64,000 nt of DNA from Selaginella moellendorffii (taxonomy: Eukaryota > Plantae > Lycopodiophyta), in assembly GCF_000143415.4 (NCBI RefSeq), contig NW_003314261.1, forward strand, positions 5,988,822-6,052,821, read 5' to 3'. Below the pieces are notes generated by a model that had not been told where the DNA came from, did not search any database, and saw only the letters and a list, made by a program, of their open reading frames with translations. The translations under genes were made by a program, and so were the position numbers. Of the stretch, positions 61,421 through 64,000 are shown in pieces (position 1 is the stretch's first letter; each line of letters starts with the position of its first letter).

Positions 61421-63491
61421 TATTCTTACCTGTGGTACTAACAAAATATGCCAGATTGGATCTGACAAGAACCAAGAAGCTTGTCCATATCTACCAGAAC
61501 ACTCATATATAGAATAGGAGATGGCAATAGTCCACTAATAAATCTGTGGCTAAGAAAATTGGTGTTGAATTCGAAAACTACATATAATGGAACAACACCT
61601 CTAGAGGTAGGACCTATAGCTAGAGTAATGACTAGTTGAAGTGGAAGGGATTATATTAATGTTAATGCAAATGATACATTCTCTGAGTGTGAAAATGAGC
61701 AAGATGGTGCTAAACAATTGAGAAGAAGGTTAGTAATATTATCACTTATTTTGCATGAAGAACTAAGAACTAAACCGTGCTTTGTGGTAGCAATGATGAT
61801 GAGTTGGAAACATTGTTAAGGGCACTAGATATTGGATTCGCATTCATACTATATCTCAAAAACTATCATCCCTCAAATCCAGGATGCTCCAAAAGCAATC
61901 CCTTTGGACTCAAGAGACACAAGCAGTAGTTTGCAAAGAGGAGCTCTCCCACCTGCTCCTGAGATGTAAGTATATTAGAGAAAGAGACTAAGAATAAACT
62001 TTGAAAGGAGGTGAAACAAGTAGTAGGAGAATAGAAGCTAGGGCACTAGCAATATTTTCAACTCTAGGTTCATTGCTTCTAGCTTAGGCTTAAACTTGCA
62101 ATTCTCCAATAGCTCATGCAGTTGCACAAGCTTCTTCACCAACTCAAGTGACAAATTAGAGAAAAGTTGCAAATATCAATTTCAAGGCTATAACAATAGT
62201 GTTGAAAAAACAAGTGTAAGTTTATTCATCTCTTTTTCTATTTAAGCCTTTGAATTGTTACACATTTTAGGTTTCACTTTGTTTTCTAGCAAAGTGTTAT
62301 AATGAACTTGAATGAATAGAATGAAGTTGTGTAATAGCTTTTGTACCATAGCAATCATTTTTTGTTTATATTGTATAATATATGTTCATGAACAGCTGAC
62401 CAAACCTGCCTCTGGCAGGTTTTGGCTACCAAAACGTGCCAGTCTCAAAGTTAAGTATGTATTATTAACGATAAAAATTTTTTAGGTATTAAACAATATA
62501 AAAATTTCATTTACCCTTTGAAATTCACCCTTAGCACGCACCATGAAGAAAACTTGGTTGCATTTTACATTTCAAGTACGGAATTAATTTGCAACCAAGA
62601 TGTAATGAGGAGAAAACAACTATTCTTTGCCTAAAAAAGAAGAAAACTTAAGAAATCTTTAAAATTCAAGTATAACATTTAGAATTTTACAACTGAACAC
62701 ACTCATCTTTGCTTCTAAAATCTCTCTAGCACTAATGCCATCACCACAATGTGGATCTTTTAAGAATTCCCTAAAACCCCAAGAAAACAAGACTAAAAAG
62801 TAAAGAACAAAGGGGAGGATTGTTTAGCAAGCAATCCTCCCAAAGAGAGTTGCCAAATGAGGGGAGCCTCTCAACATGGGGAGAATATATTGAAATCTAT
62901 CATCACTTAAATTAAGCTCAATTTCTTCCATGAACTCTTTTAAATCTTAGCAATGGGGGAGAAAGGGGTCATCACTCATCAAAAGTGATGACCATACAGC
63001 CGAGATGCATTTGCTACAGCCTGAATTGACAAGGAAATAAAAAATCTATTACTTAGAGAAGATTATAGGTTTCGATGAGATAGAAAAATCTAAGACCAAA
63101 CAAAAGGTACTAAAGATTAGGGAAGAACTTAAAGATGCATGGGAGTTGAACAGGCTTTTCTTTAGAGAAAAAATACATAGTTGGCTATAGAAAAATAGAT
63201 GGTATTAGGTAAAAATGGAAGCTGAGATGGCAAATACAATTACTATAACAAACTGAGGCTGAGCAAGGAACAAGATAGCCAATTATCCTTTTGAAGGTGA
63301 TGTTGCAGTAATGGAAATGGAACAAATTTTATTTGCTGAATTGTCCACCAAACTATTTTACACATAGGCTTGTGGAGAAGCAAAAAGTTAATCAAGCTTT
63401 ATAATTGAAATTACACCAAGCTTTTGAGTTTGTTAAAGATGCAAAGTATAAGATGGAGGCTTTAATTGATGCAACCTCAAATCTATTGAAA

Positions 63492-63686
<195 letters not shown>

Positions 63687-64000
63687 AATGTGCTACTTCT
63701 TTAGGTACTTTGACATTTTAGCAAATCCAAGATGCCTTATGACATTTTATCAACTTTTCCAATCTAGTGAAATTGATTAATGGCATTGTGATCAATACAA
63801 CAAAATCCAATGAGTTTTGTTTTAGAAAAAAAAAGACTAACATTGTGATAATTCTTTAGATATGTGCTTCTATGCATTCTAGCGAGGCTTTTTATTGTGA
63901 GTCATACATACCTCACAAGTGCACAGTAAGTTTTTCAACTCTAAGACTGCTTCAATATCACCATATGCTCCTGTCCCTTCACTCATTAAATTGTATGCTC

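Overview
Repeat-rich land-plant genomic DNA. Evidence for this is TTTAGGG-type telomere repeats, tRNA-iMet-primed LTR elements, a Cassandra LTR, a cytokinin-receptor fragment and 45-57 bp GT-AG introns; the short introns suggest a lycophyte such as Selaginella or a bryophyte (inference). The window is dominated by two copies (4641-17945 and 39609-53482) of a ~13.5 kb TIR DNA transposon with a Sola1-like DDD/E transposase. A divergently transcribed 11-exon cargo gene splices, by my reconstruction, into one ~1,640-aa protein: ParB/DGQHR-like domain + degenerate beta-class DNA-methyltransferase fold + acidic linker + FCP1-like HAD phosphatase. Each copy carries about 20 full or degenerate copies of a 22-bp palindrome (ATGGCRTG-N6-CAYGCCAT), concentrated in introns and next to both start codons. 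Together these are a candidate element-encoded, sequence-specific chromatin or anti-silencing system; that function is inferred, not shown. The rest is nested LTR material (self-nested GAGTCC-repeat LTRs, a decayed Ty3/gypsy, a non-coding LARD-like element with TSD, a TRIM, a Cassandra solo LTR), LINE and hAT remnants, an AT-rich bulb-type lectin ORF and a CHASE histidine-kinase pseudogene. All domain calls are by-eye motif recognition, not database hits.
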